The notes beneath the pieces were generated by a model. That model ran no database searches. It was not told the origin of the DNA and saw nothing but the letters and a program-made list of their open reading frames with translations. The position numbers and the translations under genes are program-made. Shown here in pieces: positions 1 to 9,382 of a DNA stretch of 64,000 nt (position 1 is the stretch's first letter; each line of letters begins with the position of its first letter). This DNA comes from Minisyncoccota bacterium (GTDB lineage: Bacteria > Patescibacteriota > Minisyncoccia > Phycocordibacterales > UBA9973), in the NCBI GenBank assembly GCA_041659205.1, contig JBAZYS010000002.1, forward strand, positions 1,627 through 65,626. The letters are read 5' to 3'.

Positions 1-993
1 TAATACCGTCTGCGCTTCTTTTCCTGTGACACCAAGAGAACCAAAAACATCGGCTAGAATAAGGTGATTGTCAGTGCCTCCACCAATCATGCGAACTTTA
101 TTTTTGTGGAAAACTTTTTCCATTGCTTTCGCATTTTTTAATATCTGTTTTGCATACTTTTTATATTTTGGTGTCATTGCTTCTCCGAAAGCTACAGCCT
201 TCGCAGCAATGGTATGCATATGAGGGCCACCCTGGATACCTGGGAAAATAGATTTATCAATTTTCTTTGCTATCTCTTCGTTCTCTCTTGTAAGAATTAT
301 TCCTCCGCGTGGGCCACGCAAGGTCTTGTGGGTAGTAGAAGTGATAATATCGAAACCATCATCAAAAGGATTACGTAATGCACCAGCTCCTATGAGCCCT
401 GCTATGTGTGCCATGTCTGCCATAGTTATTGCCCCAACCTCATGTGCTATCTCTACAAATTTCTTATAGTTCAAAGATCGTGAATAAGCAGAAAAGCCAG
501 CAATAATTAATTTTGGTTTATTTTCCAACGCGACTTTTCGCATATCCTCATAATCAATCTCCCCTGTATCAGGGTCTTTCATTTTATAAGTTACGAATTT
601 ATAAATCTTTGCAGGAAGAGTCATCGGATGCCCATGAGTAAGGTGCCCTCCATGAGACAAGTCCATACCGAGCACTGTATCTCCTGGTTGCAACAATGCT
701 GCATAAACAGCAAGGTTCGCAGGAGCACCAGAGTGAGGCTGAACATTCGCAAACTTACATTTAAATAATTTACAAACGCGTTCGATAGCGAGCCTCTCAA
801 CAGCGTCCGTAAAATCCTGCCCGCCATAGTAGCGACGGCCTGGGTAGCCTTCGGAATATTTATTTGTGAAAACAGAACCATTAGCCTTCAAAACATCTTC
901 GGAAACATAGTTCTCGGAAGGTATCAATTCCAACCCTTCTTTCTGCCTCTTTTCCTCACTTTTAATTAGTTTTTCTATTAGTTTATCTCGCAT
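1..993 (-). CDS. glyA: Serine hydroxymethyltransferase (3' part runs off the window; absent from the ORF track)
   Basis: Hand translation from ATG at 993: MRDKLIEKLIKSEEKRQKEGLELIPSENYVS...NKYSEGYPGRRYYGG...HGGHLTHG...TSTTHKTLRGPRGG (PLP-lysine motif). Confidence 0.96.
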   Translation of the reverse strand, partial: MRDKLIEKLIKSEEKRQKEGLELIPSENYVSEDVLKANGSVFTNKYSEGYPGRRYYGGQDFTDAVERLAIERVCKLFKCKFANVQPHSGAPANLAVYAALLQPGDTVLGMDLSHGGHLTHGHPMTLPAKIYKFVTYKMKDPDTGEIDYEDMRKVALENKPKLIIAGFSAYSRSLNYKKFVEIAHEVGAITMADMAHIAGLIGAGALRNPFDDGFDIITSTTHKTLRGPRGGIILTRENEEIAKKIDKSIFPGIQGGPHMHTIAAKAVAFGEAMTPKYKKYAKQILKNAKAMEKVFHKNKVRMIGGGTDNHLILADVFGSLGVTGKEAQTVL

Positions 994-1841
994 GGCAATA
1001 TTGTATCACATTTAATAACTATCGTACCTAATAGGTCAGTTCTCAAAACTTTTAGGCCAAATTGAGACAGTGTATCTAGAGTTTCTTTGTGCGGGTGGCC
1101 GTATTTATTATCTTTACCATCAGAAATAAGTGCATAACTAGGAGAAACAGCTTTTACAAATTCTCTAGATGTAGCAGTGCGTGAGCCATGATGCCCAACT
1201 TTTAAAATATTACTCTGGAGTTGCGTTGGTGAATTTTCAGAAAGAATTATTTGTTCAGTTTTTATTGGCGCATCACCTGTCAGCATTATCGATGTTTTAC
1301 CATAACTCAGACGCGCTACCACAGACCCATCATTCGTCGCCCAAGAAGATACGTCTCGATCAGGAAATAGAATATCAATTATCACCCCACCACCCATATC
1401 TAACTTCATTCCCCTTTTTACTAAAATATCAGGAATATTTTGCCTCTTCATTTCATCTCTGAGGCTCTGGTATGTTTTTGAGTCAGTTAAAGTGCCAGAT
1501 TCAAAGACTCGACCTACTTTGTAATTTTTTAAAATGTCCATTATCCCTCCGATGTGATCTGCATCTGGGTTTGTAATAACTACTGCATCAATACTTTTAT
1601 CAAATGGAGACATAACTCGAGAAAGTGAACCTAAAACTTTGCGGGGTGGCCCAGCGTCAAACATAATTTGTGCGCCCGTTGGGGATTCTATAAAAAGGCC
1701 ATCGCCTTGACCAATATCAAGCATTGCAAAGGTAAGTAATCTGTGAGAATTTTTAAAATCTATGCAAAAAAGAAAAATATTTGCTACTAAAAGCAAAAAA
1801 ACAATAAAAAACAGGCTATATTTTCTCTGTTTTTCTAACAT
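978..1841 (-). CDS. ComEC/Rec2-type metallo-beta-lactamase-fold nuclease domain protein
   Basis: LDIGQGD, TNPDADHIGG, LTGDA, KVGHHGSRT and YGHPH motifs; N-terminal TM helix; start likely MLEKQ at 1841 (track gives 1862). Confidence 0.9.
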   Translation of the reverse strand: MLEKQRKYSLFFIVFLLLVANIFLFCIDFKNSHRLLTFAMLDIGQGDGLFIESPTGAQIMFDAGPPRKVLGSLSRVMSPFDKSIDAVVITNPDADHIGGIMDILKNYKVGRVFESGTLTDSKTYQSLRDEMKRQNIPDILVKRGMKLDMGGGVIIDILFPDRDVSSWATNDGSVVARLSYGKTSIMLTGDAPIKTEQIILSENSPTQLQSNILKVGHHGSRTATSREFVKAVSPSYALISDGKDNKYGHPHKETLDTLSQFGLKVLRTDLLGTIVIKCDTILPCEIN

Positions 1842-1904
1842 GATATACTTATAGTATATCAATTAACTTGCTTTGACATAAGTCGGAGTGAAAATAAAAA
1901 CATT

Positions 1905-2510
1905 ATGAAAAAATTTGAAGAAAAAAAGTTTAACATAGGAGAATTAAAGGGTATTTCAACCAAGAATATCGAAGAACATTTGAAGCTATATGCTGGGTAT
2001 GTGAAAAATACAAATGGAGTAATAGAAAAAATAAGCGCTCTAAGCGAAGGGATGTTTAAAAATGGAGAAGACAATGCATATTTAATTGCTGAACTTTTCC
2101 GACGTTTTTCTTTTGAGTATAACGGAATGCGAAATCATGAAATTTATTTTTCTTCCCTTTCCGATGGGCCAAAAACGCTCAACCCTGAAAGTAAGCTAGC
2201 TAAAAAGATAAATGAGGATTGTATGTCTCTCGAAATATTTTTGATGGGTTTCAAAAACATAGCAATGACTCGCGGAGTAGGCTGGGCTGTACTTTGGTAT
2301 GACAAAAAAGACAACAGGCTCTTAGCTTCCTGGATAGATGAACAACATCTTGGTCAGCTAAATGGCGCGACACCGATTCTTATGCTTGATATGTGGGAAC
2401 ATGCTTTCGTTTCGGACTATCAACCAAGTGGTAAAAAACAATATGTTGAGGACTTTTTTGAAAATCTCAACTGGGAAGTTGTTGAAGAAAATTTCAAAAA
2501 CGCAATCTAA
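1905..2510 (+). CDS. sod: Fe/Mn superoxide dismutase family
   Basis: EEHLKLYAGYV, NHEIYF, GVGWAVL and DMWEHAF metal-ligand motifs. Confidence 0.9.
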   Translation: MKKFEEKKFNIGELKGISTKNIEEHLKLYAGYVKNTNGVIEKISALSEGMFKNGEDNAYLIAELFRRFSFEYNGMRNHEIYFSSLSDGPKTLNPESKLAKKINEDCMSLEIFLMGFKNIAMTRGVGWAVLWYDKKDNRLLASWIDEQHLGQLNGATPILMLDMWEHAFVSDYQPSGKKQYVEDFFENLNWEVVEENFKNAI

Positions 2511-2531
2511 AAAATCTAGAATAATATTTCT

Positions 2532-2650
2532 AAAAACTCTTCCTCGTCATAACTTTTACTCAACACGCATAATTTTCTACTGAAAATTTGCTACGCTCGG
2601 CTACCCGCCTGCGCAATGTTTCTTAAAAGTTACGACTTCAACGAGTTTTT
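2532..2650 (-). repeat. Structured intergenic repeat family B, copy B1
   Basis: Reverse complement matches 54991-55109 (TTGCGCAGGCGGGTAGCCGAGC...AATTTT-AGTA-AAAAT-ATGCGT); outer stem has G-U pairs on the minus strand. Confidence 0.85.
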
Positions 2651-2653
2651 GGT

Positions 2654-2758
2654 TTTGAAATATAACTTTTGGAGGGGGTTTTGAGGCTGGCGAGTCGAAA
2701 ACTTCAGGGTTTTTTAAGCTTCAAAAAATCCGTACCCGAAAAAAGTTGATATTTCAAA
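2654..2758 (+). repeat. Structured repeat family A, copy A1
   Basis: GGGGTTTT-GA-GGCT-GGCG-AGTC-GA-AAACTTCA-GGGTTTTTT-AAGCTTC-AAAAAATCC-GTACC inside a long outer stem. Confidence 0.93.
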
Positions 2759-2773
2759 TAAAAAAAACTACTC

Positions 2774-4255
2774 TTAAAAAGAGTTTTTTATGTTTCTCCA
2801 AAAAAGTTTGTAAATAAAATAGGCGTAAATAATTAACGTGAGGAAAAGTGGAAAATCTGGGAAAGAAAAAGCTGCAAAGGGCAGACGTGAGAAAAAGCTA
2901 ATCACACTGAGCTCGTAATGTAAAAATAAATACGAAACATAACCAAAAGGTATAGCAAATACATAATAAATAAGTCCTGCAAAGCCGGTGATAAAACCAA
3001 GCATCATCGTAAATGGAATAAACGGAAGAATTAAAACATTTGCAGGTAAAGCTACAAGCGATAAATTCCCCATTTTATAAAGAATAAAAGGAAAGACGAA
3101 AACATAAGCAGCAGAGGTGACAGAAACAATATCTCGTAATTGGAAACGCTCAGGTACCCACATAAAATATTTCTCAATTCTTGGGGCGAGGAATATCACA
3201 GCAACTGTCGCGATAAAGGAAAGCTGAAAAGATACATCATACACAAGCAAAAAAGGGTTAAGAACAATCATAGATACACCAGCAAGGATAAGAGCCCGCG
3301 CAACATCATAATTTCTACCAGTCGCGCGGGCAATAAGCGCAAGCGTTGCCATTGTCCCCGCCCGAATAGCTGTAGAGCTTCCCCCAGTCATTAAAATAAA
3401 CAATATAATTGCTAAAATACCCATTCCAATACTAAAATTTAATGAAACGAAAGATATTCGAGCAAATAATTTCATAAACCATTCAGCAACAATCGTCACA
3501 TTATATCCAGACAAAGCAACGATATGTATCGTTCCAGTATTTACAAAACTTTGTCTCAGGGACTGATCGAAGGAAGACTTTTCCCCTAGGATAAGCCCAC
3601 CCATAAGCAAACTCTCGGGTCCCGTTATAGCCAAATTCATTTTCTCTAAAAACTTTTCTTTAGCAAAAAACAAAGCACCTTGAATTTTATTGCCATTCCC
3701 CCGAGAAACAATCTCAACTTTGGGATAACTCATCACGTATAAAATTCCATCTTTGCGAAGGTAATTTATATAATCAAACTCTTTACCAGTATCTGTAATA
3801 AAATTCTCTGGCTTTTTTAAAACACCTGTAAAATTTATCTCATCTCCATATTTGTAACTTTCATCCAAACTAGTTGATAACAAAATCTCAGTTTTTACGA
3901 AGGGCCGACCTTCGTAAGCTACTTCTACAGTTAATTGCTGATTGTTTTCTTTAATACTTGGCTCATCTACAATCTCTCCTCTTAAAGCAACTTTTTGCCC
4001 AACATGGGACTCAAAAACCGCTGGGCTCTCAACATCCACCATATTAAATCGAAAAATTCCTAAACAAAAAGTTAAAATAAAAATAGAAATTAATATTCCC
4101 CAATTATTTTTCGAAATGAGAGTAAAAAACAAGAGCAAGGCTAAGCAAATTATGAGAAGTAAAACAACAAAATATAAATTTACAAATAAAAAAGAGCGTA
4201 TTAACACTCCCAATAAAAACCCAAAACAAATTGTATAAAAAACTTTATCCCGCAT
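2774..4255 (-). CDS. comEC: ComEC/Rec2 competence channel (DUF4131 + Competence domain)
   Basis: TGTIHIVALSGYN, AIRAGTM, NPFLLVYDVSFQLSF and LPANVLILP motifs; many TM helices. Confidence 0.93.
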   Translation of the reverse strand: MRDKVFYTICFGFLLGVLIRSFLFVNLYFVVLLLIICLALLLFFTLISKNNWGILISIFILTFCLGIFRFNMVDVESPAVFESHVGQKVALRGEIVDEPSIKENNQQLTVEVAYEGRPFVKTEILLSTSLDESYKYGDEINFTGVLKKPENFITDTGKEFDYINYLRKDGILYVMSYPKVEIVSRGNGNKIQGALFFAKEKFLEKMNLAITGPESLLMGGLILGEKSSFDQSLRQSFVNTGTIHIVALSGYNVTIVAEWFMKLFARISFVSLNFSIGMGILAIILFILMTGGSSTAIRAGTMATLALIARATGRNYDVARALILAGVSMIVLNPFLLVYDVSFQLSFIATVAVIFLAPRIEKYFMWVPERFQLRDIVSVTSAAYVFVFPFILYKMGNLSLVALPANVLILPFIPFTMMLGFITGFAGLIYYVFAIPFGYVSYLFLHYELSVISFFSRLPFAAFSFPDFPLFLTLIIYAYFIYKLFWRNIKNSF

Positions 4256-4829
4256 TTAAAACCTCATTAATTTTCTTAATTACTTCAGGTGCATTAACGT
4301 CTTCTAACTCCATATAAAAACCTTCTTTATTTTCAGCATATTCAACCTTTTTAAAACCAAACGATTCGGCAATGCTAATCGATGTTGCATTAGTAGCTTT
4401 TACCCCAAGCATAACTTTTTTCCCTCCTCGCCTTTGTATCTCTTCTAAACGTGTTGCAAGTATTTTTTTTCCGACTCCTCCTCGAGAATCGGGTTTTACA
4501 TACCCAGAATAAATGTACCAATCCCCCTTTTCCTCTCTTCTCTTTGCAAGACCTATTCCAATAGGCTTAGAATCACTCCAAGCCAATACACCAAATGCAC
4601 TATCCCCAGATAATTTTTCTTTCCATTCATTCTCACTCTCAGCTTCCTCCTCTTTAATTATTTCTTCCCTTCCTTCTCTTGTAATTCCAAACATTTCTGC
4701 ATCATCACCTTTACACATTATGACTCTCAACTCTTTACAGACCATCCAATCATCTGACTTAGCTATTTCTACTCTTACCTCCAACTTTTCTTGGTTAGAT
4801 TGTTTATTTTTAAAAGGATTCTCTGCCAT
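4245..4829 (-). CDS. GNAT family N-acetyltransferase
   Basis: YVKPDSRGGVGKKIL acetyl-CoA motif A; N..SISIAESFGFK motif B. Confidence 0.8.
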   Translation of the reverse strand: MAENPFKNKQSNQEKLEVRVEIAKSDDWMVCKELRVIMCKGDDAEMFGITREGREEIIKEEEAESENEWKEKLSGDSAFGVLAWSDSKPIGIGLAKRREEKGDWYIYSGYVKPDSRGGVGKKILATRLEEIQRRGGKKVMLGVKATNATSISIAESFGFKKVEYAENKEGFYMELEDVNAPEVIKKINEVLNAG

Positions 4830-4833
4830 AGAT

Positions 4834-5319
4834 TTATTTTTTATTTTTAAGCTCTACTGGATCATCGTCGGCAAAACTGGTGGCGATAATGTCTGCTCGT
4901 TCATTGTATTTGTCTCCGTTGTGACCTTTTACATAAGTCCATTTGGGTTTAAATTCTTCCGTAAGGGTGAAAAGCTCTTCCCAAAGTTCTTTATTCATAA
5001 CAGGTTTCTTGGCAGCATTGCGCCAATTATTTCTTTGCCAATTAAAAATCCATTCAGTGATTCCCAAAATTACATATTTTGAATCTGAAACAATCTCTAT
5101 GTGTGCGTTTATTTTGCCTGCCTGCGCAGACAGGTGTTTCTTGAGATATTTTAAGGCTCCTATTGGTGCAGAGAGTTCCATTTGATTATTCGTAGCATGA
5201 CATTCTCTTCCTCCAATTTCGAAATGTTCTTTACCATAAAGAAATACAGCGCCCCATCCAGCAGGCCCTGGATTACCCTTTGCCGCACCATCGGTATAGA
5301 TTTGGATTTTGTGCTCCAT
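4834..5319 (-). CDS. rnhA: Ribonuclease HI
   Basis: YTDGAAKGNPGPAGWG, TNNQMEL, SDSKYV, VKGHNG..NERAD. Confidence 0.96.
   Translation of the reverse strand: MEHKIQIYTDGAAKGNPGPAGWGAVFLYGKEHFEIGGRECHATNNQMELSAPIGALKYLKKHLSAQAGKINAHIEIVSDSKYVILGITEWIFNWQRNNWRNAAKKPVMNKELWEELFTLTEEFKPKWTYVKGHNGDKYNERADIIATSFADDDPVELKNKK
5117..5134. repeat. 18-bp palindromic element CCTGYCTGCGCAGRCAGG, in frame in rnhA (LSAQAG)
   Basis: Same element at 36736-36753 and 58288-58305. Confidence 0.8.
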
Positions 5320-5321
5320 AT

Positions 5322-6974
5322 TTATAGTATATCAACTATTCTTAATCTTAGCTCTTCCCTGCCTCGAAACCTTGATAAATCAAAAGTGGTTAATAAATTT
5401 ACATTAATACCTTCAGCTAAAGTCTTTCCAAAAGAATCATGATTAGAAAAAAAAGAAATTGCCGTGGCTTTATGCTTATTTATATCTGAAAATTGAATTT
5501 CCAAATGCTCCCCAGATCCATTTTTACCAAACTTTTTTATTTTCTCAATTTTCACATTATCAAAAAGAAAAACGGGTTTCGAATTCCCGAGGCCAAAAGG
5601 AGCAAGCTTTTCTATTTCTCGCCAATTTTTCATATTTACGATACTTAAATCAGACTTCACGTCATAAGTTATTTCATCTTTTATAATATCCCTTTTCACT
5701 TTATGATAAGAAAGAGACAAGGCTTCTTCTAAGAAATGAATCTTCTCATTGTGCACAGTAAAACCTCCTGCAAGCTCATGTCCACCGAAATCGATAAATG
5801 ATTCAGAAGTTTCTGTCATTAGTTCTACGACTGACACAGAGCCATTACTACGGCAAGAACCCTTGATACAATCATTTTCGTCCTTTCCCCAAACAAAAAC
5901 GGGTTTCTTGTATTCATCAGAAATTTCCCCCGCCACTAAGCCTAAAATACCGACTCGCCAGCTTGGGTTACCTATTACTATCACTTCCTTCATTTCCCTC
6001 TCTTCAAATTTTTTATTCACTTCACGCATAATACTCTTCACAATGGTTTTTCTGTCGTCATTTATTTTTGATAAATGATCTGCGAGTATTCCAGCCTCTA
6101 CGTCATCATTCGTAGAAAGGAGTTCATAAGCCCGCATCGGGTCATCCATTCGAGATGCGGCATTCAAGCGCGGAGCAATCATAAAACCAATGTCATCCTC
6201 TGCTAAATATTTCTGCTCAATTTTCATTTTCGCAAGAAGTTTCTGCAATCCTGGGCGTGGAGACTTTCGTAAAACTTTCATCCCGAAATAAACCATCGCC
6301 CTATTTTCACCCGTGAGTGGAACCATATCAGAAAGCGTGGCAAGTCCTGCCATGTCGAGCATCCATTTTTCCTGCCCATCTTTTATTTTGAAATACTCTC
6401 CATACTTTTTTATAAAACCTTGTGCAAGTTTAAAAGCGACACCTGCCCCACAGAGCATCTTTTCACTATATTCATCTACTTTTGGATTCAAAATCGCATA
6501 AGCCCGAGGTAAAACTGCATGGGGAATGTGGTGATCAGTAATTATTACATCAATACCATCAACTTCTGCTTGAGCTACTTCTTCCACTGCCGTAATACCC
6601 AAATCAATAGTTATTAATAATTTCACCCCGTTTTTTGCAAACTGTTTTATCGCATCTAAATTTAGTCCATACCCTTCAGAGTTTCTCTGAGGAATATAAA
6701 CCTCATAATTTTTATATTTCAATAACTTAAACAAATCATTTAAAATAACCGCTCCAGGAATACCATCACAATCATAGTCAGCATAGATAACTATCTTCTC
6801 CTTTGCTTCCATTGCTTCAAATATTCGCACACAAGCGCGCTCCATATCCTTCATTTGGAAGGGGTCATTGAAATCTCTTGCATAGTCTGGGTTCAAAAAA
6901 ATCTCAGCATCTGCCGAGTTAGTAATGCCTCTTTTTTCTAACAATATCCGTAATAATTCCCCATACTTTTGCAT
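5322..6974 (-). CDS. recJ: ssDNA-specific exonuclease RecJ
   Basis: YADYDCDG, EGYGLN, TIDLG, ITDHH, APRLNAASR, GGHELAGG; start likely MQKYG at 6974 because the longer ORF runs into repeat A2. Confidence 0.95.
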   Translation of the reverse strand: MQKYGELLRILLEKRGITNSADAEIFLNPDYARDFNDPFQMKDMERACVRIFEAMEAKEKIVIYADYDCDGIPGAVILNDLFKLLKYKNYEVYIPQRNSEGYGLNLDAIKQFAKNGVKLLITIDLGITAVEEVAQAEVDGIDVIITDHHIPHAVLPRAYAILNPKVDEYSEKMLCGAGVAFKLAQGFIKKYGEYFKIKDGQEKWMLDMAGLATLSDMVPLTGENRAMVYFGMKVLRKSPRPGLQKLLAKMKIEQKYLAEDDIGFMIAPRLNAASRMDDPMRAYELLSTNDDVEAGILADHLSKINDDRKTIVKSIMREVNKKFEEREMKEVIVIGNPSWRVGILGLVAGEISDEYKKPVFVWGKDENDCIKGSCRSNGSVSVVELMTETSESFIDFGGHELAGGFTVHNEKIHFLEEALSLSYHKVKRDIIKDEITYDVKSDLSIVNMKNWREIEKLAPFGLGNSKPVFLFDNVKIEKIKKFGKNGSGEHLEIQFSDINKHKATAISFFSNHDSFGKTLAEGINVNLLTTFDLSRFRGREELRLRIVDIL

Positions 6975-7009
6975 GAATTGAATTTTAACATAAATAGAGT
7001 ACAATATAG

Positions 7010-7124
7010 AAAGTTTTTTGAAATATGAATTTTGAAGGGGTTTCGAGCCCGACAAGGCGAGAACTTCAGGACCTTTTACGCTTCAAAAGGTCCGTACCGA
7101 AAAAATTTATATTTAAAAAACTTT
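7010..7124 (+). repeat. Structured repeat family A, copy A2 (5' of the HIT gene)
   Basis: GGGGTTTC-GA-GCC-CGACAA-GGC-GA-GAACTTCA-GGACCTTTT-ACGCTTC-AAAAGGTCC-GTACC plus outer stem. Confidence 0.92.
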
Positions 7125-7126
7125 AT

Positions 7127-7519
7127 ATGAACGATTGTATTTTTTGTAAAATTTCAAACGGAGAAATTCCAAAAGAGTTTGTTTATCAAGATGAAAAATT
7201 TTTGGTTTTTCTTGATATCAAACCAGTCACGAACGGGCATCTAATAATAATTCCCCGAAAACATATTGTCTGGATGCAAGAAGCAGAGGATGAAACAATT
7301 TCTGAAATATTTAAACTAACAAAAAAACTAATGCTTGTGTTAAAAAAGGCATTTACTTGTGACTATGTGCAAGAAACTGTAGTGGGCAATGAGGTCCCAC
7401 ATTTTCATATCCATTTAATACCAAGATACAAGGATGACAATTTACCCAATCTCCCAACAAAAACTTACAAAGAAAAAGAAGAAAAAGAGGTTCTAGAAAA
7501 AATTACCCAAGTGCTTTAA
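7127..7519 (+). CDS. HIT family nucleotide hydrolase
   Basis: MNDCIFCKI start; GHLIIIPRKH; VPHFHIHLIPR histidine triad. Confidence 0.93.
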   Translation: MNDCIFCKISNGEIPKEFVYQDEKFLVFLDIKPVTNGHLIIIPRKHIVWMQEAEDETISEIFKLTKKLMLVLKKAFTCDYVQETVVGNEVPHFHIHLIPRYKDDNLPNLPTKTYKEKEEKEVLEKITQVL

Positions 7520-8618
7520 TCCCCGGCAGTGTTCCACTTGCCAGAAAATCAAGCGTCGCTCCTCCCCCAGTAGAAACAAAAGAAAATTTGTTTTCGATTT
7601 TAAGCTTAGTTATCAAAACAACAGTATCTCCACCTCCGACAATACTTTCAGCCCTTGAAGCTGCAACGAGTTTTAATATTTTTTTAGTACCCTCGGCTCC
7701 ACCATCTTCATATCTACCAAGCGGTCCATTCCAAAGAATAAATTTTGCATTTTTTATTAATGTCTCTATCCTTTTTACTGTTTTCTCACCAATATCTAAA
7801 ATGGTCTCATCTTTTTTAACCTCTTCGGCCTTTACGGTAATCAATTTATTCCCTGACTTCACCGTTAAATCAATCGGTAAAATTAATTTTTTATTTTTTA
7901 ATAATTTTGAAATACCATAATTTGTATCACCTACAAGAGATTGTCCAACTTCATACCCTTTCGCTTTTAAAAAATCATCCGCTAATGCTCCACCAACGAA
8001 AACATGATCTGCCAGCTTTAGATACTTATTAATTAAAGGCATTTTGGTGGAAAACTTCGCGCCACCTAAAATAAATAAAAATGGGTGTTTTGTATTTTTA
8101 AATGCATGAGACAAATTTTCAACTTCTTTTTCTAACTGAAAACCAGCAAACCCTGGCAAAAGCTTCGGCAAAAGGACTATAGAAGCATCTTCTCTATGAG
8201 AAACAGGGAAAGCATCGTTAATATATATATCTGCCAATTTTGCTAACTCCCCGGCAAAAATTTTACTGCAAGCTTGTTCCCCTTTATTATTTCTCAAATT
8301 TTCCAGCAAAACAACTTCTCCATTTTTCATCTCTCCAACAATTTTTTGAACCTTTAAACCAATTATTTCAGGCACAAATTTATTTTTTATATATTTATTT
8401 AATACTTTTGAAACTGGAAGCAGAGTTTCACCGCCTTTACCAAGGTGAGCAATTAGAACTACCCTTGCACCACTTTTTTGGAGAAATTTAATAGTGGGTA
8501 GTGTTTTAATGATTCTAAAATCATCTACAACTTTCCCATTCTTTATTGGAAGATTAAAATCTACTCGTAAAAGTACAGTTTTTCCTTTTAAATTTTTTAT
8601 TTGCCTAATGTTTCGCAT
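7503..8618 (-). CDS. pgk: Phosphoglycerate kinase
   Basis: LRVDFNLP, LLENLR, ILGGAK, WNGPLG, GGGDT, STGGGA. Confidence 0.97.
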   Translation of the reverse strand: MRNIRQIKNLKGKTVLLRVDFNLPIKNGKVVDDFRIIKTLPTIKFLQKSGARVVLIAHLGKGGETLLPVSKVLNKYIKNKFVPEIIGLKVQKIVGEMKNGEVVLLENLRNNKGEQACSKIFAGELAKLADIYINDAFPVSHREDASIVLLPKLLPGFAGFQLEKEVENLSHAFKNTKHPFLFILGGAKFSTKMPLINKYLKLADHVFVGGALADDFLKAKGYEVGQSLVGDTNYGISKLLKNKKLILPIDLTVKSGNKLITVKAEEVKKDETILDIGEKTVKRIETLIKNAKFILWNGPLGRYEDGGAEGTKKILKLVAASRAESIVGGGDTVVLITKLKIENKFSFVSTGGGATLDFLASGTLPGIKALG

Positions 8619-9361
8619 ATTCTTACAATTTCTAAAAACTTTTTTGGGTCAAGTGATGCCCTTCCTGCAAGGAGCCCCTCAATACTTCCATTTTTTAAAA
8701 AACTCTCTGCATCTTTTTCATTCACTGAACCCCCATAAACAATTCTCATTTGAGTTACTTCTGGCCCAAACTTATCAGACAAAACTTTTCGGATAAAAAT
8801 AACCATCTCTCTACAGTCGTCTGGAGTAGCATCTTTGCGGTCTATTGTTGTAGAAATCGCCCAAATTGGCTCATAAGCAATAATTATTTTTGATATACTT
8901 ATCTTAGAAATACCAGACAAACATTCTTCGAGTTGAACTTTAACTAAATTAAAATAACCATGATTTTCATCACGAACACTTTCACCCACACACAATATTG
9001 GAATAAGGCCTGAAGCAAGCGCACCTTTAATTTTCTTATTTATTTCAATATTACTCTCCCCCATCGCTCGTCTTTCGGAATGTCCTAAGATGACATACTT
9101 AGCTCCCATATCATAAAGCATCCCCGTTGAAACTTCTCCCGTAAAAGCACCAACGTCTCCAGGATAAGCATCTTGAGCTCCTAATGATATTTTTTTAGAT
9201 ATTTTTTTTAATTTTTCTATATATATAAACGGTGTACAAGCAACTACTTCTGTTTTTTTAAGACTAGAGATACCTTTTGCAATACTAGAAAATAACTTTT
9301 CTGCTTCTTTTAACGACCTCGGATTCATCTTCCAATTACCTATAATTATATTTTTTCTCAT
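8597..9361 (-). CDS. tpiA: Triosephosphate isomerase
   Basis: GNWKMN, GAFTGEVS, LGHSERR, AYEPIWAI, YGGSV. Confidence 0.97.
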   Translation of the reverse strand: MRKNIIIGNWKMNPRSLKEAEKLFSSIAKGISSLKKTEVVACTPFIYIEKLKKISKKISLGAQDAYPGDVGAFTGEVSTGMLYDMGAKYVILGHSERRAMGESNIEINKKIKGALASGLIPILCVGESVRDENHGYFNLVKVQLEECLSGISKISISKIIIAYEPIWAISTTIDRKDATPDDCREMVIFIRKVLSDKFGPEVTQMRIVYGGSVNEKDAESFLKNGSIEGLLAGRASLDPKKFLEIVRICETLGK

Positions 9362-9382
9362 GTTCGTATAGTATAACACAAG

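Noticed and set aside
6975-7126. N-terminal extensions of RecJ and HIT in the ORF track (likewise hup, pnp, TMEM175, yraN, hppA)
   Set aside because: The extensions translate repeats, leaders or parS sites; family-typical starts lie downstream.
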